DNA from: Candidatus Pacearchaeota archaeon
GTDB taxonomy: Archaea; Nanobdellota; Nanobdellia; Pacearchaeales; GW2011-AR1
Length of the DNA stretch: 64,000 bases
NCBI GenBank assembly: GCA_038869895.1
Contig: JAWCQE010000004.1
Coordinates: 16,293 to 80,292 of the forward strand
Direction: 5' to 3'
A program made the position numbers and the translations under genes. Each line of letters begins with the position of its first letter. The first letter of the stretch is position 1. Below the pieces are notes generated by a model, which had not been told where the DNA came from, made no database searches, and saw nothing but the letters and a program-made list of their open reading frames with translations. Below, in pieces: positions 27,503-36,913 of the stretch.

Positions 27503-28846
27503 ATGAATTTTTCAAAAGCTTTCAATCCGAATGATATAAGGGGAATTTATGGAAAAGAAATAAGTGATGAACTTGTTTATAGAATTGGAAAAGCTTTTAT
27601 TACCTATTTCAAACTGAAAAAAATTGTCGTTGGAAGAGACATGAGAATTTCATCTCCAACTCTTTTTAATTCATTCGTTAAAGGAGCTTCTGAACAAGGT
27701 GCTGATGTTTTTGACATAGGAATGATAAGTAGCGACGCATTATATTTTGCAACAGGATATTTTAATATTCCCGGAGCTATGATTACTGCATCACACAATC
27801 CAGCAAGATATAATGGAATAAAGTTCTCCCTAGAAAAAGCAATCCCTATAAATGGAAAAGAGGAACTTAAAAAAATAAGAAATCTGGCTGAAAAAAATAA
27901 TTTTCAAAAATTAAAGATGGGAAGAGTAATTAAAAAAAACATAGCCCCACATTATGTAAAGCACGTCCAATCATTTATTAAAAAGGAAAAATTAAGGAAA
28001 ATGAAAGTTGTTGTAGATGCTGGAAACGGAATGGCTGGAAAAATGATTCCCATTGTATGCAAGAATCTTCCAATAAAAATTGTACCAATTGAATTTTTCT
28101 TGGATGGAAATTTTCCAAGACATGACGCAAATCCTTCAGATAAAAAAAATACAAAATATTCTGAGTTGAAAGTTTGTATGACAAATTCTGACTTTGGAGT
28201 TGCGTTTGACGGAGATATGGATAGAGTAGTATTTATCGACGACAAATGTTCAAGAGTCGATAGTTCCCTCATAACATGCTTAATAATAAAAGAATTGTTA
28301 AATAAAAAACGGCATGGAGTTTTTGTATATAATTCCGTCATGAGCAAAATAATCAGCGAAACTGCAAAAAAATATGGTGGAAAAGCATATATGGAAAAAG
28401 TCGGACACGTATTTATAAAAAGGAGAATGAGGAAGTTAAAAGCTGAATTTGGAGCTGAAAATTCTGGACATTTCTATTATAAAAAAAATTATTTTGCAGA
28501 TTCTGGAATAATTACTTTTCTTATAATAACAGAAATATATTCAAAATTCAAAGGTAGATTTTCAGAAATGTTAAATGAATTTTCAAAATATTCAAAAACC
28601 GAAGAAATTAGTTTTAAAGTTAAAAACAAAGAAGAAATAATAAAAAAAATTGAAAGACATTATAATATTAAAGCAAAAAAAATCAGCCATTTTGACGGAA
28701 CAACTATGGATTTTGGAGAATGGTGGTTTAATCTAAGAAAAAGCAATACAGAACCATTAATAAGATTAAATCTTGAAGCAAATTCAAAAATTTTGATGAA
28801 TAAAAAAAGGAAAGAATTAACATCTATGATAAAAAAATTATCTTAG
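27503..28846 (+). CDS. phosphomannomutase/phosphoglucomutase
   Basis: Active-site ITASHNPARYNGIK, metal loop FDGDMDR, sugar loop GAENSGH. Confidence 0.9.
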   Translation: MNFSKAFNPNDIRGIYGKEISDELVYRIGKAFITYFKLKKIVVGRDMRISSPTLFNSFVKGASEQGADVFDIGMISSDALYFATGYFNIPGAMITASHNPARYNGIKFSLEKAIPINGKEELKKIRNLAEKNNFQKLKMGRVIKKNIAPHYVKHVQSFIKKEKLRKMKVVVDAGNGMAGKMIPIVCKNLPIKIVPIEFFLDGNFPRHDANPSDKKNTKYSELKVCMTNSDFGVAFDGDMDRVVFIDDKCSRVDSSLITCLIIKELLNKKRHGVFVYNSVMSKIISETAKKYGGKAYMEKVGHVFIKRRMRKLKAEFGAENSGHFYYKKNYFADSGIITFLIITEIYSKFKGRFSEMLNEFSKYSKTEEISFKVKNKEEIIKKIERHYNIKAKKISHFDGTTMDFGEWWFNLRKSNTEPLIRLNLEANSKILMNKKRKELTSMIKKLS

Positions 28847-28847
28847 T

Positions 28848-29222
28848 TTACTTCCTTCCAAAATCATCTTCAAATCTCACAATATCTTCTTCATCAAATT
28901 TTCCAAACGATATTTCTAAGAATCTCACGGGTTTTGAAAATGATTCTACCCTATGCTTGAAGCCTTTTCTAACAACCACGAAATCTCCCATCTTAGCCCT
29001 AAATATTTTTTTTCCAATTGTCAATTTTGCAGGATTATCTAAAAAATACCAAAACTCCAATCTTTTTTTATGGAGCTGAAGAGACAATCTCTTCTTTGGA
29101 TTTAAAGTTATTATTTTAACTGTTGACTTTTCATTTAAAGTAAATCTCTCAAATTTCCCCCATGGACGATTTTCAATCAGATGATTTTTAATTATATTTG
29201 TTATACCTTCATTAATTTTCAT
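28848..29222 (-). CDS. stand-alone cupin, mannose-6-phosphate isomerase type II C-terminal-domain-like
   Basis: RPWGKFERF...LSLQLHKKRLEFWYF...FKHRVES...LEISFGKFDEEDIVRFEDDFGR matches the PMI cupin signature. Confidence 0.75.
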   Translation of the reverse strand: MKINEGITNIIKNHLIENRPWGKFERFTLNEKSTVKIITLNPKKRLSLQLHKKRLEFWYFLDNPAKLTIGKKIFRAKMGDFVVVRKGFKHRVESFSKPVRFLEISFGKFDEEDIVRFEDDFGRK

Positions 29223-29308
29223 AAGTTAATTAAATCTAAATATTATAAAAATCTTTGTAAAACCTTCTTTATAAAAATCTTTAAATAGAAAAGCATACAA
29301 TTTAGATT

Positions 29309-29911
29309 ATGAATAAAAAAAGAGCATTATGCATTGTAGCTCATCCCGACGATGAAACAATTTGGATGGGAGGAATGATACTAAAAAATTTAGAGTTGAA
29401 ATGGACAATATTTTCATTATGTCGAAAATCAGACAAAGATAGAGAACCAAAATTTAAAAAAGTCTGTGAAAATTATAGAGCAAAACCAATTATATGTAAT
29501 TTAGATGATGAATTACTAAAACCAATAGAAATTAAAAAAATTACTAATTTAATTAATAATAAAATAACAATAAAAAATTATGATTATATTTTTACTCACG
29601 GAAAAAATGGAGAATATGGGCATATAAGACACAAAGAAATTCACAAAGCAGTAAAAATGCTTGTTAAAAATAATAAATTAAAATGCAAAAAATTATATTT
29701 CTTTTCATACATTCCCGGAAATGAAATTGCCCCCCATAATTATAAATTAAAAATTCCTATTGCTGACAAAAATTCTGATTTAGTTATAAAACTTAATGAA
29801 AACGAATACAAGACAAAAGTAAATATAATAAAAAATATTTATGGATTCAATGAAGGGATATTTGAAACAATAGCTTGTAAAAAAATGGAAGCATTTAACT
29901 TATTAAAATGA
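29309..29911 (+). CDS. PIG-L/LmbE-family N-acetylglucosaminyl deacetylase
   Basis: ALCIVAHPDDETIWMGG signature and downstream HIRHKE His motif. Confidence 0.85.
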   Translation: MNKKRALCIVAHPDDETIWMGGMILKNLELKWTIFSLCRKSDKDREPKFKKVCENYRAKPIICNLDDELLKPIEIKKITNLINNKITIKNYDYIFTHGKNGEYGHIRHKEIHKAVKMLVKNNKLKCKKLYFFSYIPGNEIAPHNYKLKIPIADKNSDLVIKLNENEYKTKVNIIKNIYGFNEGIFETIACKKMEAFNLLK

Positions 29912-31053
29912 AAATTCTACTTTTATATCCATACCCTGCAGAGCCAGATGGAGTAAGTCTTCAAGGGGAATATTTAATGAAGGGCCTTAGTGAACTTGGT
30001 GTTGAAGTTATGCCATGTAACAGAGTTGATAATATAGAAAAAATTTGGTGCTATAAATCATTCAAACCAGATGTTGTCATTGGTGTAGGCTATTGGGGGG
30101 ACATTCCTGAAGTCATTCATAGTCCAATGAGACACGGATTAAAAGCTGTTCCTTGGTTTAATGCTGACGGGTGGGTTGCAAATTACCATGAAACTTTAAA
30201 CAACCTTCCATTGATTCTCACAACAAGCAACTGGGTAAAAGAAACTTACATAAGGGATGGTATAAAAGGAGACAATATTTTTCCATGTTCAATAGGATAC
30301 AATCCAAAAATATTTTATCCATATAAAAAAAATGATGAAAAAATTAAACTTCTCAGACAAATGCTTGGGATAAGTGAAGATGAAATCATGATATTAACAG
30401 CAGGAGGTGATGTTACAAGCAAAGGTGCGCAGGAAATGTTTAAGGCAATTGCAAAATTAAAAGATGAAATTCAAAATTGGAAATATATCTTAAAAACTTA
30501 TGATAGTTTTTCTGCTGAAAATCATGGAAAAGAAGAGAGGAAATTAATTTCTGAACTTGGACTTGATAAAAATAAGATTCTTTATTTAACAGGAGCTTAT
30601 TCTCCAGACTTTATGTCTATCCTTATTAATGCATGTGATATATACGCGGCCCCATCAAGATTAGAAGGATTCGGAATGATACAACTTGAAGCACAAGCAT
30701 GTGGAAAACCAGTAATTTCAATAAATGTTGGCGGACCAAAAGACGTAATTATTCACGAAAAAACAGGATACCTCGTCGATGTTAAAGAAGAAATAAAATT
30801 AGAAAGTGAATGGGTTTATGACTGGATGGGATTTGAAGAGAAACATAAAATCTATTTTGATAAGCCAAAAACATTTGCTTATAGAGCAGATATAGATAAA
30901 ATTGCCGAATATACATTAAAATTAATAAAGGACAAAAAATTAAGAGAAGAAATGGGAAAAAACGCTGCAGAACATGCGCTAAAAAACTTTCATTATAAAA
31001 TTACCGCTGAAAAAATTCTCAATTTAATCAAAGAAAAATTAATGAAAAATTAG
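29908..31053 (+). CDS. GT4 (group 1) glycosyltransferase
   Basis: PSRLEGFGMIQLEAQACGKPVI (EX7E region). A 4-nt overlap links it to the PIG-L gene. Confidence 0.85.
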   Translation: MKILLLYPYPAEPDGVSLQGEYLMKGLSELGVEVMPCNRVDNIEKIWCYKSFKPDVVIGVGYWGDIPEVIHSPMRHGLKAVPWFNADGWVANYHETLNNLPLILTTSNWVKETYIRDGIKGDNIFPCSIGYNPKIFYPYKKNDEKIKLLRQMLGISEDEIMILTAGGDVTSKGAQEMFKAIAKLKDEIQNWKYILKTYDSFSAENHGKEERKLISELGLDKNKILYLTGAYSPDFMSILINACDIYAAPSRLEGFGMIQLEAQACGKPVISINVGGPKDVIIHEKTGYLVDVKEEIKLESEWVYDWMGFEEKHKIYFDKPKTFAYRADIDKIAEYTLKLIKDKKLREEMGKNAAEHALKNFHYKITAEKILNLIKEKLMKN

Positions 31054-31463
31054 TAATAACTATAAACTGTTCTTGAATAAGAACTTCCGCCACGTGAAAT
31101 ATAAGAAGTTTCAGAATAACCATAAGAATATCTATTTCCATATCCTCCATAATAATAACTTGGATAATAATATCCATAATAACCATATCCTCCAAAGTAA
31201 GGAGCGCTTGGCTGTGGCCCCCAATAAACTTGATAGGTAGGATTTCCGTAGCCATATCTCCCATATGAGTAATATGGAGAACTATATACTGAATAAGAAG
31301 AATATTCCCTTTCATAAGTTGTAGAGGTTGAATAATATGAATTTCTATAACCACTATATCCATAATGGCCTGTATAAGAATCATAATGGTAAGCTGAAAC
31401 AACTGAGATTAAAACAAAAAATAACCAAAATGTTGACATAGTCAAGATTATTTTACTTTTCAT
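31050..31463 (-). CDS. secreted Tyr/Gly/Ser-rich low-complexity protein (137 aa)
   Basis: Signal-peptide-like MKSKIILTMSTFWLFFVLISVVSA, then a ~113-aa region with 38 Tyr by hand count (YGY, SYY and GYG motifs). Confidence 0.55.
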   Translation of the reverse strand: MKSKIILTMSTFWLFFVLISVVSAYHYDSYTGHYGYSGYRNSYYSTSTTYEREYSSYSVYSSPYYSYGRYGYGNPTYQVYWGPQPSAPYFGGYGYYGYYYPSYYYGGYGNRYSYGYSETSYISRGGSSYSRTVYSYY

Positions 31464-31549
31464 TCTGCCATTTTTCCAGTTAACCCCCTTTATAAATCTT
31501 ACTATTCTGTCGTCGGTAAATTCTCTACTGAATGGTAAAAAATATAACT

Positions 31550-31756
31550 TTATTTTTTATGTTCTTTTTCATGTCCAAAAAGATAATGTAAGCATAATAT
31601 AGTACCAACAATTCCGACAATAAGCATAACTACTAAAACATTTATTTTGTTAAAATATTCAAATCTGTCAAAGATAAGCCATAAACTCCTAAAAATAAGT
31701 ACTGCAAAAAAGATAAGGATTATTTCAACAATAAAGTGTAAAATTTCTTTCCCCAT
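31550..31756 (-). CDS. small membrane protein (68 aa)
   Basis: Two hydrophobic helices. No family recognised. Confidence 0.35.
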   Translation of the reverse strand: MGKEILHFIVEIILIFFAVLIFRSLWLIFDRFEYFNKINVLVVMLIVGIVGTILCLHYLFGHEKEHKK

Positions 31757-31844
31757 ATTATACTTACGGATAAATCTATTATAAACTTTTCTTTTGATTT
31801 AAGATATCCGAAGATTTTAAAAATACTTTAGATTTTAACATTCC

Positions 31845-31920
31845 AGCGGAGTGGAGGAGTCTGGAGTCCTCGCCGGGCCCATAACCCGGAGGTCGCGTGG
31901 TTCAAATCCCGCCTCCGCTA
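31845..31920 (+). tRNA. tRNA-Met (CAT), initiator-type
   Basis: Acceptor AGCGGAG/CTCCGCT gives A1:U72. Anticodon stem CCGGG/CCCGG has three G:C pairs next to loop CCCATAA. T loop is TTCAAAT. My hand fold needs one extra nucleotide (T31898) in the 5' strand of the T stem. Confidence 0.8.
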
Positions 31921-31939
31921 TATTGATTTTAAAATATAA

Positions 31940-32269
31940 TTATTTAAATCTACTAAGCATTTTGTTAACTAAATCAGGGGCATCATAATCCTCTCTATTT
32001 TCCTCTTCTTTTAACAAAGACAATACCTTACAAAGTCTTTTCCATAATAAAAATGAAAGCTTTTGCTGATACGCTGATGAAACAACCAAAAAATTATTAT
32101 CTAACCACCATTCTCTTCCAACAACATAAGTTCTATCTAAGGATATAATTCCTATTTCTCTCAGTTCTTTTTTATTAAATTTAAACATAATTGGGCCAGT
32201 ATAATTTCCATCTCTTACATATGTACAAGATGAATCATCTTTTTTGTAAAAAAGAATCCCACTTTCCAC
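31940..32269 (-). CDS. hypothetical protein (109 aa, GTG start in track)
   Basis: Intact ORF. A 41-codon ATG-initiated ORF (32235..32360) overlaps its 5' end in another frame. Confidence 0.35.
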   Translation of the reverse strand: MESGILFYKKDDSSCTYVRDGNYTGPIMFKFNKKELREIGIISLDRTYVVGREWWLDNNFLVVSSAYQQKLSFLLWKRLCKVLSLLKEEENREDYDAPDLVNKMLSRFK

Positions 32270-32615
32270 TTACTAAATTGTAAAAAATCTCAGGCAAATT
32301 TTCATCTAAGTGAACATCTCCAGGCTGTAATGGAAATTTCAATTTAGATTCTCTTCTCATAACATTTTAAAAGATAATTAATATAAATAATTTCACTTTT
32401 TTACAGAACCATTTTTTTAATTAATTTTAATACATTTTAAAAAAAATAGAAATATATTTAAACTATAAATTTGTTAATCTTATATGAAAAGGCTATTAAA
32501 AAAGGGAAAATTGAGATTACATAGAGTTGATTGTCTCAATGTCAATTATTTAGCCTTCATTAAATTTATTGTGTTCTACTAAATTTCACGGCCAAAAGGG
32601 ACGTGTATTTTAAAC

Positions 32616-32873
32616 ATGAGTTATACATTACCTATAGGATATGAAAAAGAAATAAATACTTCTAAGTATTTAAAATGTCTCGCTGAAGGAATGAAAGACT
32701 GGATAGAAGTTAAAGTAATAGCTGGAAATAAAGATATCCAAACATATAAAAATGAACTTGAGAAAGAAATAAAGCCATCAAAATCTCTTGTAAAAGATAT
32801 ACTTACAAAAATGAAATCCATTGGGATAAAAAAAGACATCTTAATGGAATTTAGGGAAACTTTTAAGCATTAA
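32616..32873 (+). CDS. hypothetical protein (85 aa)
   Basis: ORF only. No motif. Confidence 0.3.
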   Translation: MSYTLPIGYEKEINTSKYLKCLAEGMKDWIEVKVIAGNKDIQTYKNELEKEIKPSKSLVKDILTKMKSIGIKKDILMEFRETFKH

Positions 32874-32934
32874 TTGTTTTTGCGCAAATAAAAACCTAAT
32901 TATTCGCAGAATGACAACATAACAACTATCTTTC

Positions 32935-33201
32935 TTAAATCATATCTTCTTCAATTCTTGCAATATCGAAATCGATTCTATCTTCAATATTTTTATCCCA
33001 TTCTCTTTGATAATGTTTTTCAATGGCAGGATTTAGGACTTTCCCATATTCTTTTCCATCTTCAAATCCATTTTTGTAGGAAATATATGAACTTATTACA
33101 ATAGATATTAAACTAATTAATGAAGTAAAACTAATATAAAATAGTGGATGCTTAATCTCACAATTAGATTCATTCAAATATTTTTTAATTGAATGAGACA
33201 T
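32935..33201 (-). CDS. hypothetical single-pass membrane protein (start moved to internal Met, MSHSIKKY)
   Basis: The track ORF 32935..33318 overlaps the upstream gene's 3' end. The internal ATG at 33201 removes the overlap. One TM helix (FYISFTSLISLISIVISSYI). Confidence 0.3.
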   Translation of the reverse strand: MSHSIKKYLNESNCEIKHPLFYISFTSLISLISIVISSYISYKNGFEDGKEYGKVLNPAIEKHYQREWDKNIEDRIDFDIARIEEDMI

Positions 33202-33259
33202 GTAAATAGTATTAACTTTAAATTTATAAAAATTTATATTATAAAATTCAATTAATATT

Positions 33260-35293
33260 TTATCTAAAATTTCCAAATTTCTTATAATCTTCAGATTTGT
33301 ATTCTTTATTTCTTTCAAAGAACCTACTTATAAACTTCTTTGATTCAATATCTTTCTCAAATTCTCCAGCTATAAAAACTTTTATCCCACTTATTTTTTC
33401 TTCCTGTGGATAAACCTTAATTTTTGAACTTATCTTTTTTGCAGAAGATTCGGCAATAAAATAAGTATTATCAGCATACTCTGAAATTTTTTTCGCGTTT
33501 AGAAGAGTCTGTCCAAGAGGAGTAAAAAGCAACTTGCCATCTTTTTTTTCAACTATAATCTCCCCCTCCTCAACTCCAATTCCGAAATTAATTTTCTGGA
33601 TATATTTCCTATTATGTTCTTTAAGCCATTCAGCAATTAACTTAGCTGTTTTTACTGCTATTATGCTATTGTCAAAAGTTCTTGTAACAGAGGGAGCAAA
33701 TACACCAATTATATAACTTCCTGATTGATAAACTCTCCCACTATTTTCATATATTATCTCGCTTACTTTATTTAAATTTTCATTTGCATTTGTTTTTGAT
33801 TTTAATACCTCATCAATATTTTTAATTTTAAGTGAAAGGAGGGCTGCTGGCTGTTTTTCACCGCTTATTACAAGAGGAAGATCTGCTTTAACGGTTTTTT
33901 TAACTTCCATATCTTCTCCCCCAGGTAAAGCCATAATTACGCCCCCTTTTTTATTTTCATTTGAATTGCGCTTCTCAATTTTTAAAGAAAAAAAATCTCT
34001 CTTAGAGATTTTTCGCGCTGAAATAAAAATAAACAATGCTAAAACTCCAATGATTACAAACCATGCAAAAAAATATCTACTGAAAAATCCAACATTCCCT
34101 TTTTTAAGGTCTTTTATTCCTATTACATCTCCAGTTAAAGCTGCAATTCCCTCCATATTCTGATATCCGTCATTAACTTTTATTTCATAAGTTCCTTCAG
34201 GAGCTGAAAGTTGAAATTCAACAGAATTTCCAAGACTTAAATTCACTTTTTTTACTTCAGTATGTTCTCCAATTTTAATCTCAAGAATCCTATCATAAGG
34301 AACATTCCCTATATTTCTTATTATAAGGGTATCATTTATAATAATAAATTCTGCTTCAATATTTTCAGTTACATAAAATGATTTTACAGGAGAGTAAAGT
34401 CCTTCAGATTCGGATGTAATATTCCAATATCCAGGTGGAGAATTCTTCTTTAATCTATAATATTGTGATTCAAAAGTACTACCAAAAAAATTTAAAACTT
34501 TATTGCCATTAGAATCATAAAGAGTAAAAGAAACTGGTTTTCCTTCAATATTTTCCCTAGATTGATCATAAAGCTTTGCTTTAAATTCAACATCTTGATT
34601 AGGATTTACTTTCTCTGCAATTTCAATCTCTAAAATCCTTGGTTCTTGTACTACGTCAACACTAAAATTATAAACACCAAAATTTGTTATCCCTCCATCA
34701 ATATCTTTTTCATACGAAAAAATATTAACTTCATACTGCCCTGCAGGAATATCTTCCAATAAGGAAATATTGCCACTAAATTTATTATTCTCGACAGGGA
34801 CTATTGTTCTCAAATCATTATAGGAAAGACTAACTTCTGAAAACCCCGAAACTTTATTTCCATTTGGTTTTGAAACAACTCCTGTAAAAAAAATAGTTTC
34901 ATTAGGTTTAAAAGATTTTTTATTAAGAACGGATTCTATTATTAATTCACGGCTTATAAAAAATTCAAGACTTTGCTTTCTAATTCCTTCAAATGTAAAA
35001 TCCATGACACACTTGCCACTGATATCTCGGAGAAAATTTTTCGTCAGAGGAATATTAATATTTTTACTTTTTTCTTCTTTAGTAAGATAATCGAAAAGAA
35101 GTGTCTTTGATGAGTTTCCACAAAGTAAGTTGACATTAAGCCATCCTTCCGTTCCGTCACTCCCAAAAACAGATTCAAGTTTTTCATTAATCATATAAAT
35201 TTTTTTTGGCTGTTGCACAATAAACACTTCAGCTTCTATTGTCCCTATTATAAAAATAAGAAATACTAAAATAAAAAATACTCTTTTTTTCAT
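33260..35293 (-). CDS. receptor-like membrane protein: signal peptide, ~400-aa beta-sandwich-repeat ectodomain, one TM helix, cytoplasmic class III nucleotidyl-cyclase-like (degenerate) domain
   Basis: Signal MKKRVFFILVFLIFIIGTIEA. Ig/CARDB-like repeats (PAGQYEVNIF, PPGYWNITSE, APEGTYEIKV). TM helix FFAWFVIIGVLALFIFISA. C-terminal pattern AALLSLKIKN...GSYIIGVFAPS...AVKTAKLIAEWL...INFGIGVEEGEIIV...PLGQTLLNAKKISEYA parallels the cyclase homology domain, but without the metal-binding Asp residues. Confidence 0.55.
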   Translation of the reverse strand: MKKRVFFILVFLIFIIGTIEAEVFIVQQPKKIYMINEKLESVFGSDGTEGWLNVNLLCGNSSKTLLFDYLTKEEKSKNINIPLTKNFLRDISGKCVMDFTFEGIRKQSLEFFISRELIIESVLNKKSFKPNETIFFTGVVSKPNGNKVSGFSEVSLSYNDLRTIVPVENNKFSGNISLLEDIPAGQYEVNIFSYEKDIDGGITNFGVYNFSVDVVQEPRILEIEIAEKVNPNQDVEFKAKLYDQSRENIEGKPVSFTLYDSNGNKVLNFFGSTFESQYYRLKKNSPPGYWNITSESEGLYSPVKSFYVTENIEAEFIIINDTLIIRNIGNVPYDRILEIKIGEHTEVKKVNLSLGNSVEFQLSAPEGTYEIKVNDGYQNMEGIAALTGDVIGIKDLKKGNVGFFSRYFFAWFVIIGVLALFIFISARKISKRDFFSLKIEKRNSNENKKGGVIMALPGGEDMEVKKTVKADLPLVISGEKQPAALLSLKIKNIDEVLKSKTNANENLNKVSEIIYENSGRVYQSGSYIIGVFAPSVTRTFDNSIIAVKTAKLIAEWLKEHNRKYIQKINFGIGVEEGEIIVEKKDGKLLFTPLGQTLLNAKKISEYADNTYFIAESSAKKISSKIKVYPQEEKISGIKVFIAGEFEKDIESKKFISRFFERNKEYKSEDYKKFGNFR

Positions 35294-35349
35294 ATCTAAA
35301 CTACAAAGAATCTCTATATAAATATTTCTTAGTTTTTATAGTGTTTTTC

Positions 35350-35619
35350 TTACGCTATTCCCCTCTCACAAACTCCAACTCTTCTATTCAAAGCATCACA
35401 ATAATTTCTTAAAACAGCTAAATCAAAACTATCATCCTCACATCCTTTTCTCTTACTGAATCTATCAATAAACTCATTTCTGATATCTGGATCATTCGGG
35501 TATCTAATTCCACCTTCAGTTAATATAATATAAGTTAGCAATATATCTCTAGGATCAATTTCTCTTAATCTTTCATAAGAACTAATTATCCCTTCAATAA
35601 TCACCTCTCTTTCACCCAT
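35350..35619 (-). CDS. hypothetical protein (89 aa)
   Basis: ORF only. Confidence 0.35.
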   Translation of the reverse strand: MGEREVIIEGIISSYERLREIDPRDILLTYIILTEGGIRYPNDPDIRNEFIDRFSKRKGCEDDSFDLAVLRNYCDALNRRVGVCERGIA

Positions 35620-35797
35620 AAAATAATTTATCCTTTATATTTATAAATATTTACTTAAAAAAAGATATATTTTCAGATTCAATCAAAAATATCTTTATTG
35701 ATTAAATTAAAATTTTTTAAAGTATTATCTTATTTTGTTAAGATTCCTAGAAGATGTTAAAGGAAGTATTTAAAAATTATTCCATCTTAGAAATAAT

Positions 35798-36913
35798 ATG
35801 AATAAAAAAACAAAGCATTCAAATCCATTAAATATAACCCCTTGGGAAGTTGAAGAAAATATAAATTATGAAAAATTAATAAAAGAATTTGGAACATCTC
35901 GGATTTTAGAAAACATTAAAAAAAAAGTTGAGAAATGTCATCCATTATTAAAAAGAGAAATATATTTCTCGCATAGAGATTTTGATAAATGGCTATCAGA
36001 AAAGGAAAATGGAAAAGTAGTATCTGTATTGACAGGAAGAGGGCCTAGTGAAAAAATGCATTTGGGGCACTTAGTGCCTTTCATAGTTGCAAAAAATCTT
36101 CAGGATATTTTTAATTGTGAAGTTTACATTCCAATAAGTGATGATGAAAAATTTTTTGTAAAAAAAGATTTAAGTTTTGAAGATACACTAAAATATGCTG
36201 AAGATAATATATTAGATTTAATCGCACTGGGATTTAAAGAAGGAAAAACATTTATTTTTCAGGATTTTAAATATCAAAAAATTTATCCATTAGCTGCTAA
36301 ATGCGCAAAGAAAATTACATATTCTACTGTAAAAGCAATATTTGGGCTTAATTCTGAAAATAACGTTGGTTGGAGTTTTTATCCAGCAGTTCAAGTAGCA
36401 CACATTTTATTTCCGCAGTTTCATAAAGGGAAACATATGACTTTGGTCCCAGTTGGAATTGACCAGGATCCTTTTATAAGACTAACAAGAGATATTGCTG
36501 AAAGTTTTGGATTTGAAAAACCAGCTTCATTATATGCAAAATTCATTCCATCTTTGCACGGAGGGATAAAAATGTCAGCATCAAACGAAGGAAACATTTG
36601 GCTCTCAGATAATGAAAGGGAAGTTGAAAAGAAAATAAAAAAATATGCTTTTTCAGGAGGACAAGCAACTCTTGAAGAACATAGAAAAAAAGGAGGGAAC
36701 CCAAACAAAGACGTTTCATTTCAATACTTAAAAATATTTTTCGAAGAAAATGATAAAAAGCTTGAAGAAATTGAAAAAAACTACAAAACAGGAAAGATGA
36801 CTACAGGAGAACTAAAAGAATACACAATTAAAAAAATAAACAATTTCTTAAAAGAACATCAAAAAAGAAAAAAATTAGCTGAAAAAAAACTTAATAAATT
36901 CATTTTAAAATAA
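35798..36913 (+). CDS. trpS: tryptophan--tRNA ligase, archaeal/eukaryotic type
   Basis: TGRGPSEKMHLGHLVPF (HIGH), KMSAS (KMSKS), AFSGGQATLEEHRKKGGNP block. Confidence 0.85.
   Translation: MNKKTKHSNPLNITPWEVEENINYEKLIKEFGTSRILENIKKKVEKCHPLLKREIYFSHRDFDKWLSEKENGKVVSVLTGRGPSEKMHLGHLVPFIVAKNLQDIFNCEVYIPISDDEKFFVKKDLSFEDTLKYAEDNILDLIALGFKEGKTFIFQDFKYQKIYPLAAKCAKKITYSTVKAIFGLNSENNVGWSFYPAVQVAHILFPQFHKGKHMTLVPVGIDQDPFIRLTRDIAESFGFEKPASLYAKFIPSLHGGIKMSASNEGNIWLSDNEREVEKKIKKYAFSGGQATLEEHRKKGGNPNKDVSFQYLKIFFEENDKKLEEIEKNYKTGKMTTGELKEYTIKKINNFLKEHQKRKKLAEKKLNKFILK

Noticed and set aside
31028-31402. Alternative-frame 124-aa ORF overlapping the Tyr-rich gene on the same strand.
   Set aside because: It has no signal peptide and an Ile/Met/Leu-rich composition typical of a shifted frame. 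The Tyr-rich frame has a plausible signal peptide and a defined start. The frame choice still deserves a statistical check.
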